A DNA stretch of 64,000 bases, from assembly GCA_946965045.2 (NCBI GenBank), contig OX337229.1:1984001-2048000 (forward strand). The letters are read 5' to 3'. Of the stretch, positions 11,201 to 22,715 are shown piece by piece (within the stretch, counting starts at the first letter, position 1; every line of letters begins with the position of its first letter). The notes under the pieces are model-generated. The model made no database searches. It was not told the origin of the DNA and was given only the letters and a program-made list of their open reading frames with translations. Both the position numbers and the translations under genes were made by a program. The DNA comes from Epithemia pelagica. Its lineage: Eukaryota; Protista; Bacillariophyta.

Positions 11201-11765
11201 GCTACCAGGTGTATCGACCCATTTGACATCGTTTTGCTGGGATGCGAGTGGAACTCAGTTGGCTACAAGCGTGGCATCTACAGGTCATGTTGTAACATGG
11301 GAGATTATCATGAACAAGACAAGATCTGATGTTCAGCGGACATCTTGCCGTGCCGTACTGGGAGGAGGTCATGACCGCACCGTCTTTGGAATGCGATATT
11401 GTGGAAACCCCGATGAAGCGGGGACCGAACCATGGCTTGTATCTTGGGGCGCCGATGGTCGCCTTGCCTTATGGGAAGCTCTGGTAGATGGGGAAGTCGA
11501 TGCTCCCATTGCTACTTTGGTCAATCGCCCAGAATATCCCATCTTTGGACTCGATTTTGACGAGCGGACCCGACATATGGCCTTAGTCGGAGGTGACGGA
11601 GATGGAGGTTTTATCGGAATACCGGTAAAGCTCTTTGATGTCCACCCTGAAGCAAGAGAGAAAACGCCAAATGTTTTGGACGAATCCAAAGGGAAAAGCT
11701 ACACGCAAGATACTTCCAAGAAACCTAAACTGGTGGGCAGTAAAACTGGGAAGAACGTTTCATAG
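8277..11765 (+). CDS. WD40-repeat protein with long acidic disordered N-terminus; start uncertain
   Basis: 1162-aa ORF; GHRERILSVRFS...ATASADSTIRIW, LATAGADGQV, FCWDASGTQLATS, LVSWGADGRLALW. Confidence 0.75.
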   Translation: MKILIALSAKTQPQPPNVVPPLPIILPRPRCMLIYTSKSQCAMEMEMEGENFTATIFHESAHSFSFLPLLGLNFSKTTSFTITTDSNLLPAEVVGGGGDNNNNNSSSSGQEVSTTGEENNSRINEKDESICVPQQQQASHSFEDQNNHASLLTTATTTTSQELSSGTQGSGSNKTDDPTTDELATALESVVIRDVKSNSTTDGLSSDLENNQVQTGKEDLEQEKDVLRWSPLDPQDLEGPESSEYLFTQEELAEALRFLGDDETKDESAPETQRNDDGDGNNNDHIESLGPIETWEGTRIPSPTPIAESVNPSEVLDEAALLQNLLLGEDLNFRSVNEEDDDEEEAFLLPTSKEELAQIFLAEDPQDLANTSSETDPNETSAPSLSFEQDFVAQSILEQLQGLSLSVPPAEATQEDDSSSDIPPLQEIERTSQSEAIVAKNSTRSAFGLQSNPRQQLDPTLQLLGSQLPFLQCEPCPVSIEDEKQGLNLALPPPVEPTDDEEDSDNNQDGWGETAEKERALTTSQKPDPSFLLGDDVLPYLQCQPCGDPTGEAPPPPPFPNNQFIEDTLDLAELDAMMAEFGITTEVPPPNDTRIINSNNDHEEEPEAVSDNSFPRPVASPSVLAAAKPYLDTFGVQPTEIQSPTTSEPEPPKPSSKVFHNKGERSCLGHRERILSVRFSVHGTLMATASADSTIRIWRPTTNTLLSTLSHHDQNYECLRVAWATSEWFKDADSMKGDQYEENSVDKDEEALLATAGADGQVFILKRRAKTSTSSKRKQWDTMACINHAKDMHHYTPADAEDRPQIYALQFIDNFQVSPNMACSHVNNRILLTSSENHLHFWELIQEPKPQDKLETVMEENDDDEDDDKQDSKEEPPVYPWHFREMFSVGFGNLHTMGGGVSVGRVTDDANPYLPITQVAEGDTNEAFGGERNPNGLIYVFDAAYCPVNGLIGVALSDGSLRLLNGRGVCVSILQLPGVSTHLTSFCWDASGTQLATSVASTGHVVTWEIIMNKTRSDVQRTSCRAVLGGGHDRTVFGMRYCGNPDEAGTEPWLVSWGADGRLALWEALVDGEVDAPIATLVNRPEYPIFGLDFDERTRHMALVGGDGDGGFIGIPVKLFDVHPEAREKTPNVLDESKGKSYTQDTSKKPKLVGSKTGKNVS

Positions 11766-12215
11766 CATGGAGAGTCCACTATCACGTGTTTCACAACTCA
11801 CCTTAGGGGATAAGCTTTCCTGTGACAATCATCCCTGGTCGATATGCACCTTTTTGAAGGGGTAATGTTAATATAAGTTTTCAACTAAAGATAGATACTT
11901 CAAGGCGATTACCAGTCGAGCATAGCATAGGAGTACTCCTACTCTCTAGCTATGGCTGCGTGCCGTTGCACGAGAACGGACAACATACAGACTACAGACT
12001 GGGCTTGAGACTGAGACCCAAGCGCAACGTGTCAGTACGGGGGCCGGCCAGACGAGAAGCAGACTTGCGCTGTATTCTGTTGTGCCGACAATCGACAACC
12101 TCACACACTCGATCATAAAGACAGGGTATTCCATCAACGAGTGTGCCCAAGATATCATCGTTAAAAAGTCTTTTTGCTGTGTGGATCTCTTGAATTGAAT
12201 CAAATCCATTGAAAG

Positions 12216-13909
12216 ATGAGATTCCTTCATCTTATCCGCCCGGTGATGTGCATCCTCCCAGAGGTTGCTAGCCCTGACCGAAAGGTATGAAGAGGTGACC
12301 TGCGCGAAATCTCCAATGACTCTACGGCTATCGTATCATTTGTAGACAAGCTTCTTGATTTGTCACTTTTGGAACATTCTTGCATGAAGAGCTTTCTATT
12401 TTCCACAACTGGCTTACGTGATAAGAAGTTGAGGGTATCCACACACATTTCTAACTAGTGAATCCTTGTGTTTACCCCACTGCAGATCCCTTTGCGTGAA
12501 AAGCTTTTGTGGACAACTATCACTTTGTTCATCTACCTCGTATGTTGTCAAATTCCCATCTATGGTATTCAGAGCGCCAAATCTTCGGATCCCTTTTATT
12601 GGGTTCGTGTGGTTCTGGCTTCGAACCGTGGTACTATCATGGAGCTCGGAATTTCCCCCATTATTACATCAGGAATGGTTATGCAGATGCTCGCAGGAGC
12701 CCGTCTCATTGAAGGTGCGCTATTCAATAAGCCAATCATTTGGTCAGCTTGAAGAGTGATTTCAATCTCACTTATTGTTCTTATCTTGCAGTTGATCAGA
12801 ATGTGAAAGAAGACCGTGCTCTGTTCCAAGGTGCTCAGAAGCTGTTTGGTATTTTGATCACAATCGGTGAAGCCATTGCTTACGTTGTGTCTGGCATGTA
12901 TGGAGATTTGGGCTCTATTGGAGCTGGAAATGCCATTCTCATCATCACCCAGCTCTTCTGTGCGGGTCTTATTGTGTTGACATTGGATGAAATGCTTGCC
13001 AAGGGATATGGTCTTGGTGCCGGTATTTCCCTCTTCATTGCAACTGGTATTTGCGAAACTATTGTCTGGAAGTCGTTCTCACCCACCACTATCAACACTG
13101 GACGTGGTACCGAGTTCGAAGGAGCGGTCATTGCGCTCTTCCATTTGCTCATTACGCGCAACAACAAACTCCAAGCACTCCGTGAAGCCTTCACCCGTCA
13201 GAACTTGCCCAACCTGACCAATCTTTTGGCCACTGTTCTCATTTTCGTGGTTGTCATCTACTTCCAAGGATGGCGTGTGAACCTTCCTGTCAAATACCAG
13301 AAGTATCGAGGCCAAGAAGGAAACTACCCCATCAAGCTTTTCTACACCTCCAACATGCCCATTATTCTGCTCTCTTCCCTCGTTTCCAATCTCTACTTCA
13401 TTTCGCAACTACTGTACAACCGAGCTCCAACAAATGTTTTGGTGCGCTTGTTGGGTATGTGGCAGGAGCCCGAAGGAGGAGGCCAGAAAATTCCAGTCGG
13501 TGGTATCGCATACTACATTTCCCCTCCACGTTCTTTGGCGGAAATCATTTACGACCCATTCCATGCCGTATTTTATTTCGTTTTCATTTTGACATCCTGT
13601 GCCCTTTTCTCGAAGACATGGATTGAGGTTTCTGGTTCTTCGGCTCGGGATGTGGCTAAGCAATTGCGCGACCAGCAAATGGTTATGAAAGGTCATCGTG
13701 ACTCTGCTCTCATCAACGTTCTGAACCGCTACATTCCGACTGCAGCCGCCTTCGGAGGTATGTGCATTGGTGCACTCTCTATCCTGGCCGACTTGTCCGG
13801 GGCCATTGGAAGTGGAACTGGAATCCTTCTTGCAGTCACCATCATTTTCGGTTTCTACGAGTCTTTCGTGAAGGAACAGCGAGATGGTGTTGGAGCTTAT
13901 GGCTTCTAG
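12216..13909 (+). CDS. SEC61A: Sec61 translocon alpha subunit (introns 12285-12485, 12715-12791)
   Basis: [23 protein letters not shown]|[47 protein letters not shown]. Confidence 0.97.
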
Positions 13910-14575
13910 GCCGCTGTTCTTGGTTGGATATAAAATTCTACTCTTATCTATTGGTGTTTTGGTGTCTTGTTCATGGTGGAAAGATTCAAGGCAAGGAAAA
14001 GACACGGTCGCAATTGTTCTGTGAGAGCGTTGGAGGTGCATCCGCGGTCAGTTCCGTACGGGCTGGTTTTGTATCGTCGTAGTGTCGAATATAGGGCATT
14101 AACCGCGGCAAAACTTCTTGTCTTGGCGTCGAAAGACGCTGACAAGGAAATTGCGGGCACAACGCCGCCCCCGTCGTTTGGACTTTGTATTGAATTTTAC
14201 TAGCTATTGAAAGGACATGGAAATAACCAGTGATAGACCAAGAGTAAGGTGTTACGTTAAAAGGCTATGATTACTTTCGTCAAATGGTCAATATTCATTG
14301 TATTTATGTCAGAGTGAGCACATCCCACCTGTCATCAACATCCATCAATTGATCATGAGGACTCAGTTCATGAGAAATGAGTACAACAGTAGTTCTAACA
14401 GAGAGAGAGGGACATATATTCGTCATGTTTCCAATTTCTCCCACTTCGACAGACCTCTTAACGAGTTTCGCAAAGGAGGTAGTAGTGATGTCATATCCGT
14501 AGCCAAGAATGTTCAGTCTGACGTTTCTTATGCATGCTTTGTCTGGGCGAGTTCAAAACACCGGAGATGGAATCC

Positions 14576-15935
14576 TCACACGTACTTCTCGCGTACTTGT
14601 TGCAAAATATCTGCATTTGTCGGTGTTTGAATTCCAAATTCTTCCCCTTTCCTCACGACATATCCTGTTAGATGGTCGATTTCGGTCCGCTTGTTACTCA
14701 ACACATCCTGCAACATGGAAGATCGGTTGTTCTCAGTGTCAGCGATCACTTTTTTACAAAATTCAACCATTGCATCCGTAGACAACTCCTTGTTTTGCGT
14801 AGCTTGTTCCGCTGTGTACACGACCTTCTGGTCTTGTGAAAGGGATGACCGAAACCTGTGATCCTCTCGGGCCACTGCAGAGACTTCATCCAAAATTGAA
14901 CGTTGCAATGACGCAAAATCGGGAACTACGGAAATTAGCTCACCGTTTGTACATTGATAAAGTGCTGTAAGGGGATTGATGACACAGTTGGTGCCCAGTT
15001 TAAACCATAACAGCTTCTCCATTTGATCAGTCGAGACTGCAGGACGACATTCCAAACCAGAGGTATTCCATATCTCAGTCCAGTCAATGTTCTGGTCGTT
15101 CCCTAAAGTTAAAGGAAGCTGAATATGGCCAACACCACCTTGGATTATATGCTCGTGATCAAAATCATCGTCTTGGATGATGGACTTCTCCCGAATAACA
15201 CCATGAGTCGTATAGCCAAGGTGAATATTACAAGGTGTCAATCCATCCGACTTGGCCGCTAGGTCCAGCAGCTCATCTCTCACAGCTAGTGCACCATTAC
15301 AGAGCAACAATATGTTTGTTTTTACGCCAGACCCTTGAATGAACCGATTTTGAACGGACGAAATTGCTTCGATGGCGGAAAACGCCTTGGTTGTGACAAT
15401 AAGATTTCGAATGGAAGGATTACCTTTTATGGAGCATCTCTCAGAGGGAATAGGTATGGTTTGCATTCGGTGTTGTCCATCGATGGTGTGTTGAAAGCTT
15501 ACCATTGTCGTATCTGGATATGTCTGATGTTCGGAGCTGGAGTCATCATGGTCTCTGTCTCGACGCAAAGTACGTAAAGGAAAAGTAGGATACGCCAATC
15601 GAAGTTTGCACGCCAGGAATAAACCTTCAAGGGGATAGGCGATATAATTGCTCAGGGTGAGATCCTGGGGACTAGATTGATTATCATTGAGGCTGTAACA
15701 ATAAGGTGTACCATTACAAGAACTCACCGACAGCCCCAGATCCGAGAATATGAAGTTGATGCTCTCGTTTTGATAGAAACGGTTTCGTCTCTGGTTTTGG
15801 TCGCTCTTCCTTCGTCCCAGCAACTGTGATGCCGCTTCGACGAGATACGGCGCCGTTGCTTGATGTAACGATCGAGTCTGATAGTGAGGGAGATCTCGAG
15901 CGTGAATACTTGAGCGATTTGATCCAGAACGCCAT
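14576..15935 (-). CDS. panE: 2-dehydropantoate (ketopantoate) reductase (intron ~15727-15626)
   Basis: HILGSGAVG|LFLA Rossmann motif across the intron, TTKAF, LCNG, KLGTNCVINPLTA, SSMLQD...TEIDHLTG. Confidence 0.85.
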
Positions 15936-16321
15936 TGAATTGAAGGAGTGCTCCTACTCCTGTGAGTGAAGATGTGCCATTGTATGCCATAGCCGATCTA
16001 CCTACCGTAGCCGTTTTTGCCAACAATGTACTCCTCTAGTTACTCCTAGGAGTAGGAGATTAGAGTCATAGATAGATAAAGTAGGTCGACTATGTACTCT
16101 AACCTCTCGAAAGACTCCGCCGCCTTTCCAACTTAGATCCTTGTTGTTTCCCGCCATTCTGTATAAGAACTCCTACCTAGAAGCATACGATCATTCGCCT
16201 ATTAACGATAGAAAAACAACGATGTATTCTAAGATATAAGGGATTGTCAGAGTGGTTAACAGCAAACAGGAATCCAAACATAGACCAGGTTTCGTCATAA
16301 ATTGCAAACAACTCAGATTGA

Positions 16322-16914
16322 TTAAAACTCGTCTGTTGCCAAGTGTTCTGTTTCTTGAACTCGCTTCACAAAATCTTCCTTTTCGATGCACCCCATGCAC
16401 TCAATACCACGATCAGCCAAAATTTGTTTGAGTTGTTTCACTCTCAACTTTGAAATGTCCTGCTTCTCCATCTTCTCCGTTTTCACTGGGAATTTCACTG
16501 TGCAGATTTCAGGGTTACTCTTATTGATTCGTTGACATACTTTTAAGCTCGACATTCCGAGTGAGAACGGTTGAGCAACATCACGTTTAATCGGGTCCAG
16601 GTAGTAGCAGATTTTCCGCTCTCGTGCCGATAGCTTAGATGATTCATCTGCACAGTACTTGCCCAAAGCCGCCTCGATAGCTGGCTTTTTCCGGGATTCC
16701 TCTTTTGTCATGGACTCCTTTACATCATCCATTACTTTCACACACACTGTTCCAAAAAGAAAAACATGATCATTAGAATTCGCCCCAACGACGGTAACTC
16801 AACTCATGTCGTCGCAAGCTTTCAGGATCTGGCATACACACCTTCACATTCTGTTGACGCCAATGTGACAGAGGATCCAAGCAGGCACGCAAGTAACAAA
16901 ATGAAGGACTTCAT
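16322..16914 (-). CDS. MANF: MANF/ARMET-like ER protein (signal peptide, saposin-like + SAP-like domains; one intron)
   Basis: MKSFILLLACLLG signal peptide, CE|VC, KICYY, KVCQRI, ICTVK, KLRVKQLKQIL..RGIECMGCIEKEDFV, C-terminal TDEF. Confidence 0.85.
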
Positions 16915-17692
16915 GGTTGTTGCACTATGTTAATCAATAATATAGTGTAAATCCAGTCTTCGATTGTCGAAGTGGCCGTGAAGCAATGTTTGGTGTTTGA
17001 TGCCAACGGTTGACTGCCGACACGTACCTTACTTCAGACACCTCACCGTATATTAATCGTTTTCTTCATGGTGATGATTAGATCATATTTGTCTAAGATC
17101 GCTTAGGAGTGGTATATGACACGTGGCAAAATCGCAAGAGCTCCGGGTTGCCTGTACAAATTAGCTCATAGTGAAGTTGGTCGCTGTTTCTTTTGTTGTT
17201 GCTGTTAGGATCCCTGATAGTGATAGGGTTATCCGTAGAGAGATAGTTCTAGAGGAGTACTTTCGCTAGGGACTTTTGATGAGAATACTTGCGTTGACTT
17301 TGTCCTTCAATGAAGTTCCCACAGCCACAGTCCAAATGTAAATGGAATAGTTCTACTTGCTACATCGAGTGCAAACACAAAACTCTCTTTGATTCCACAG
17401 AAGTGTGACCTATTTACCTTGGTTGTAGAGGTTGAAACAATACACGACACTCTCAATCAATACACACAGAATGTAACCGAAAACTGTCTCATAAGCGTTT
17501 AGAGGTTCATGAGTTTAAAGTAGCGAATGGATGAATTTCGTTGTGGAAGCAGGGCTCCAACTGGATCTCATGTTCACACAAACGTTTGATGTTCGTTTGA
17601 TGTGCAGTACTGTACACCAATCGGGAGCCGACTGGATCTACGTACGTGACTTTCCACATGCAGCCACGGTCATGGTGCGTCTTTTACGGGAT

Positions 17693-19024
17693 TTAACTCC
17701 GCTGGTAGACATAGGCGCCACGAATTTTCCAGAAGGCCTCGGCCAGTGCGTCCGGGTTGGATTCAATGTATGCCGTGCATGTTTCCCATGGATCGGCTTT
17801 GTCTGTCAAGTTGAGCTTGGCAATTTCGGGACAATCTCGCAGGAATCGATTGCCGGCCACCGTTCCGCAAAAGGCCAAATTGATCACCAGACGCATATCC
17901 TGAAAGTGATCGGCCGAGCATCCAGTGTATTGTCCAATGGCAAAATGGGCATAGGGGAGTCCCCATTCGTCCGTATCGGGCATGATGCGTTCCGATGCAT
18001 GAGATGCCGATGCCGTGTCCACGGCTGCCTCCAAGTTTTCGGGAACACCCTCATTGCGCGGAAAGACCCACGATCGAATGCGTTTATTGGCAGGGTCCCA
18101 CTCTAACGCGTATAGTCCACCACCCGCTTTGTTGAGTGGTTCACCCAACGTATTGTTCCGTTGATCGACTGCCACGCACCCTTGATTGGCCCATTGGTGG
18201 GGCGCCATGGTCCAACAATTGTCGGCTTCCACGCGTGTAATGTAGTCGGGTTCTCCAGTCCACGTCTCTGGGATACCAGTGGCAGTGTCCCATTTACCAG
18301 TCCATGAATACGATGGGACATGCGCATACATGTCACATTTGTCGGATGTGTGCAAGGCAGTCTTGGCCATTGGTTGACGGTTGATCCCTTCGACAATATC
18401 AATTTCTCCATTCTTGGGCCAATGGGCTTCGTCGGTCAACCAAAAGGCTGGCCAAACACCACAACCGGCAGGCATGTGGTCGAGATCAAGAATAAACAAG
18501 CCATGCTGATAGCGGCGTCTCCCCTCCAGGCGGATTGATTCGCGAGGCTCTCCTTCTTGAGTTTTCATGGAATGCATAAAGACAAACTCCTTGCCAGTTA
18601 CAGGGTCTCGTGTCGTATTGGCAATACCAAGTTCGTGAGCACGCTTTTTGTTCACATAAATATTGTAGCCAGCAGATCCTAGAGAATCTGGACCCTCATA
18701 GAAATTATAAAAGTCAAAGAAGTGTTCTCCTTCTTGACGTTCCACGAGATGATAGGCTCCTGATGGAAAATTATCACTTTTGTGGTTCATGACGAGAGAC
18801 ACAATAACTGCAATAAAGACTGCCGAGGCAACCGTAACTGCCAACACCTTGATGCGAGAAGAACCTTGCTTGATCCAAGCGAACGCGTTCGAAACTTTGG
18901 TGAGCAAGGAAACATTTTCTTCGTAATCGTGAGGTGTCTTCTCGTTATCACCCAGGCTTGACGAGCTCTGCGGCAATAAGGACGTCGATTCTTTCGGAGC
19001 CATGACTCTTCTCTCTTGTAGCAA
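17693..19024 (-). CDS. Membrane-anchored GH16 beta-1,3-glucanase/transglycosylase (chrysolaminarin TGS-like)
   Basis: N-terminal TM helix; MPAGCGVWPAFW, WPKNGEIDIVEG (ExDxxE), INLAFCG. Confidence 0.88.
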   Translation of the reverse strand: MLQERRVMAPKESTSLLPQSSSSLGDNEKTPHDYEENVSLLTKVSNAFAWIKQGSSRIKVLAVTVASAVFIAVIVSLVMNHKSDNFPSGAYHLVERQEGEHFFDFYNFYEGPDSLGSAGYNIYVNKKRAHELGIANTTRDPVTGKEFVFMHSMKTQEGEPRESIRLEGRRRYQHGLFILDLDHMPAGCGVWPAFWLTDEAHWPKNGEIDIVEGINRQPMAKTALHTSDKCDMYAHVPSYSWTGKWDTATGIPETWTGEPDYITRVEADNCWTMAPHQWANQGCVAVDQRNNTLGEPLNKAGGGLYALEWDPANKRIRSWVFPRNEGVPENLEAAVDTASASHASERIMPDTDEWGLPYAHFAIGQYTGCSADHFQDMRLVINLAFCGTVAGNRFLRDCPEIAKLNLTDKADPWETCTAYIESNPDALAEAFWKIRGAYVYQRS

Positions 19025-19369
19025 CTAGAGATGTTCCCAAGATAGTGCTATGATAGGCAATCAACAATCAAAACGACGACTTTCCCACTTCTTTGTGATC
19101 TTTGACCACCCACGTCCACGTCGATTGTCGTCGTGGTCGTGGCCCGATTCGTTTTGTCATGTTGTGCGCCCCGTTGTGCGAGTGACGCGTTCTTAGTCGC
19201 GTTTGAATCAGACGCGTTTGGTTCGCTCATAGGCCGTAGGAAACAAATGAGAACAAAATCCTTCCAAAAAAGATACACCCTTCCAAAACAAAGAGGTGCC
19301 GGCAGAAGAGAGAAAGAGAGAAGCACATCAACAATTCGCATATCTGACAACATCTCTTTATCATCAATC

Positions 19370-20682
19370 ATGACGAGCGAATCCACGCAAATTGTCACTG
19401 GCCAAACCATAGTGTCGGACCATGTTGCTGCTGCAGCCGCTACCGTGAACAGCAGCAGTGGTGGCCGCCTCGGTCTCAAGGTGCTGTTGGCGGTCGGGAC
19501 GCTCCAATGGGGCACAACGTGGGTCGACGACAAGATTATTAACCGGACGGGATGCATTACCGAACAAGAATGCAAGGAAATCCTGGATGCAGTCCAAAAC
19601 TCGGGCGTGACCCTGATTGACACGGCCGAAGGATATGGCGGAGGGACAGCCGAAAAGCGACTCGGCCGATTGTTGGGGAACCGTCCGTCGACACTTGCTA
19701 CTGTTTCGAGCAGTAAGAAGGATACAAGCAAGGAACCCAAGTTTGTCCTCATGACCAAATTCCTTCCTGTACCATGGCGTGCGTTTCATTCCGATTTTGA
19801 ATGGGCCGTAAGACAGTCTTGTGATCGATTGCAAGTCCAGTGCATTGATATTTACTTGTTGCATTCTCCGGTCCACTGGCGTCCTATTGAGTGAGTTCTT
19901 TGATTGAGTTTTCTCGTGGTTAATCGCTGGCCAGTTTTTGCCAAGAGAAGAAGTTGAATGCATAGCATGACATACTGACTTGTCTTTGTGTTCGGTTCAT
20001 CTTCTTCTCCAGATACTGGGTAGAATCAGCAGCAATATGTAAACGAAAAGGTCTGATCAAGGCAATGGGTTTATCGAATGCTAACGCGGATCAAGTGCGT
20101 CGAGCAGTTGCAACAGGGAAACTGCATGGGGTAGAGATTGTGTGCAATCAAGTACACTATAGCTTGCTGGATTACAATTCCAAAGCCTTACAGGAAATGG
20201 AATCCACATGTCGTGAGCTCAATGTGGTGATTATTGGATTCTCGCCCATGGGACAGGGCTTGTTGACGGACAACTTGACGGCAGAGAAGTGGAAGTCCAA
20301 CAAATTGCCCAAAATGCTTCGATTGCAACGATCTGATATTGAACCTCTTCGCAGTGCCTTACAGGAATTGTCCAAATCCTATGACAAAACAATGGCTCAA
20401 GTTGCCATGAATTGGTGTATTCAGTATGACATTGTCCCTTTGGTAGGATGCCGAACATTGTCACAGGCTAAAGATTCTCTGGGATGTTTGGGATGGACGC
20501 TCAAGCCAGCCGACGTCAAACGTTTGGACCAATTGGCGCTGGATCGATCCGCTTTGCAAAGTCCTCCATGGAGGAGAGCCATATTTGTCACTCTCTTTGG
20601 AATTGTCAATCTCGTATGTCAAACCCTGAATTACTTTGGCTATGGCAGTATTCTCGGCACAAAGGACAAGAAACAGGAGTAG
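19370..20682 (+). CDS. Aldo-keto reductase (pyridoxal-reductase-like; intron 19891-20012)
   Basis: VGTLQWG, IDTAEGYG, TKF, IDIYLLHSP, GLSN, NQVHYSLL, FSPMGQGLLT, QVAMNW. Confidence 0.9.
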
Positions 20683-20867
20683 CAGACAGCAACATGTCAT
20701 TCATACGACGACTACAACGAAAGACACAAGAGAACGGACTGGTGTATTCCTTGACCTGCTGTTGATCTAGTTCAGAAACAATTGGGCATGCAAGATTGAT
20801 CTTTCATGACTATGGTGTTAACGATGAATGTAGAAGGGTACAGTACCACTCCAGATGTACGTTATTG

Positions 20868-21775
20868 TCAGAGAGGATACTGTTTGTAAAGCCAAGCCCA
20901 GAGCGTCGGGGTCAACAGTCCATGGCACCACATGCAGAGCTCTCGGAATCTCTCCGGATCAAGCACAGTTGCCAAAGTTCGTCTGCCAGTAACAAGATCT
21001 CCTTCATAGTCCCTCAGATCCTGCATGGAACAAAGAGTCCCGTGGGAGAAGGCAAATGGCACCACTAGTTTCCACCAACCATCGTCAAGACAGTATCCTG
21101 CAACTGAAGCTCCACTTGACATCATAGCCAGTACCCCAACAGAAATGAAGACATGATTCTTGTACCAATGGCTGTGGTCCAACCCGATCAAGTAACCTCC
21201 CGCACCCACAACGACCCAAAGGAGGGACAACCAGCCAACGTTGAAGGCAAACCCAAAAGCTACATAGGCAATCTGGGCAAGAATGGATCTTACAATCATG
21301 CCCCGTTTTGATACCAAGCCTGCAGCATAGGGACGGTGGGGCTTATCAACCTTGTCCTGTTCCACTCCCACCAAATTGTTCACTGTATCAAAAGAAGCAA
21401 TGTAGAGAATGCCCAATGTCATCGCAGATAAGGCCTTACCCCAGTCCCAGGCTCCAACGTTGACTGATCCTGCGAGAAAGGAAAGGAAAAATAGACCAAT
21501 TCCGGAAAACGCATTGTCTCTAATCATTTGGAACCAGATGTTAGTTTCAGCTTTGACAAAGTTCAAAAGCTGCGGGGATTTGGGGACTTCCTGGAAGCTG
21601 CTGCCTACCACGGCTCTCTCAGCGTTTGATATGACCTCCGTGCACTCCGAGTTCAGGGAGGAGCCCAAGTCCAGACGACGAACTGACGGAGTCGAAAGGT
21701 GCGCGAAACGCCAGCAATTTGGAATCCAAAGGCGCTCTGCCAGCCCATAACGAAGACAATAAAATGAAGCAGCAT
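20868..21775 (-). pseudogene. UbiA-superfamily protein with terpene-cyclase-type motifs; N-terminal signal peptide out of frame and C-terminus possibly truncated
   Basis: NNLVGVEQDKVDKPHRP and QDLRDYEGD..GRRT with multiple TM helices. The only nearby ATG (21775, MLLHFIVFVMGWQSAFGF) is in a different frame from the UbiA body. Confidence 0.7.
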
Positions 21776-21856
21776 GTTCAGTTCAGCTGAGACTTTGTGC
21801 AAGATTATGAGCTCCTCCAGTCCCTTCAAGAAATGCTCCGTATCCGCTCTACTCGT

Positions 21857-22715
21857 CATCTTGGTGCTTCAGTTCCGACGAGGCTTGAATAACCCCAGCA
21901 CAGCAGAGCCAATAATCGCTCTTCGACATCTTGGTGCTTCAGTGCACTGAAGGCGTGAATAATCTTAGCCCAGTAGAGACAGCAATCGCTCTTCGACGTC
22001 TCGGTGCGTCACCACTGCCAACGAGGCTTGAATAACCCCAGCACAGCAGAGCCAGCAATCGTTCTTCGGCGTCTTGGTGCTTCAGTGCCAACAAGTCGTG
22101 AATAATCCTCAAACAGTAGACACAGCAATCGCTCAGTGCGTCAACGCCGAGAAGTTGTGACTATCCAAAGCACAGAAGACACAGCAATCGCTCTTCGACA
22201 TCTCGGTGCGTCACCACTGCCAACGAGGCTTGAATAACCCCAGCACAGCAGAGCCAGCAATCGTTCTTCGGCGTCTTGGTGCTTCAGTGCACTGAAGGCG
22301 TGAATAATCCTAGCACAGTAGAGACAGCAATCGCTCTTCGACATCTTGGTGCGTCACCACTGCCAACGAGGCTTGAATAACCCCAGCACAGCAGAGCCAG
22401 CAATCGTTCTTCGGCGTCTTGGTGCTTCAGTGCCAACAAGTCGTGAATAATCCTCGAACAGTAGACACAGCAATCGCTCTTCGACATCTCGGTGCGTCAC
22501 CAATGCTGATGAGGCGTGAATAACCCCATCACAGTAGACACAGCAATCGCTCTTCGGTATCTCGGATCTCGATGCGTCAACGCCGAGAAGTCGTGACTAA
22601 CCAAAGCACTGTAGACTGTAGACACACCAATCGCTCTTCAACATCTGGTGCTTGTACCGGAAAGCCAATAACACCAGCACAGCAGAGCCAGCAATCGTTC
22701 TTCGACATCTTGTTG
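21857..22715. repeat. Minisatellite, ~12 units of 70/73 bp forming a 143-bp higher-order dimer
   Basis: Anchor (C/T)AATCG recurs at ~21913, 21983, 22056, 22126, 22185, 22258, 22328, 22401, 22471, 22544, 22628, 22692. Confidence 0.92.

Noticed and set aside
22141-22487. Cys-rich short ORFs (MSKSDCC...) in the tandem array
   Set aside because: Units of 70/73 bp shift frame every repeat and hit stops; not a coding repeat.
21857-22715. CRISPR-like repeat/spacer array
   Set aside because: The would-be spacers are themselves homologous and recur, there are no cas genes, and the context is eukaryotic; it is a minisatellite.
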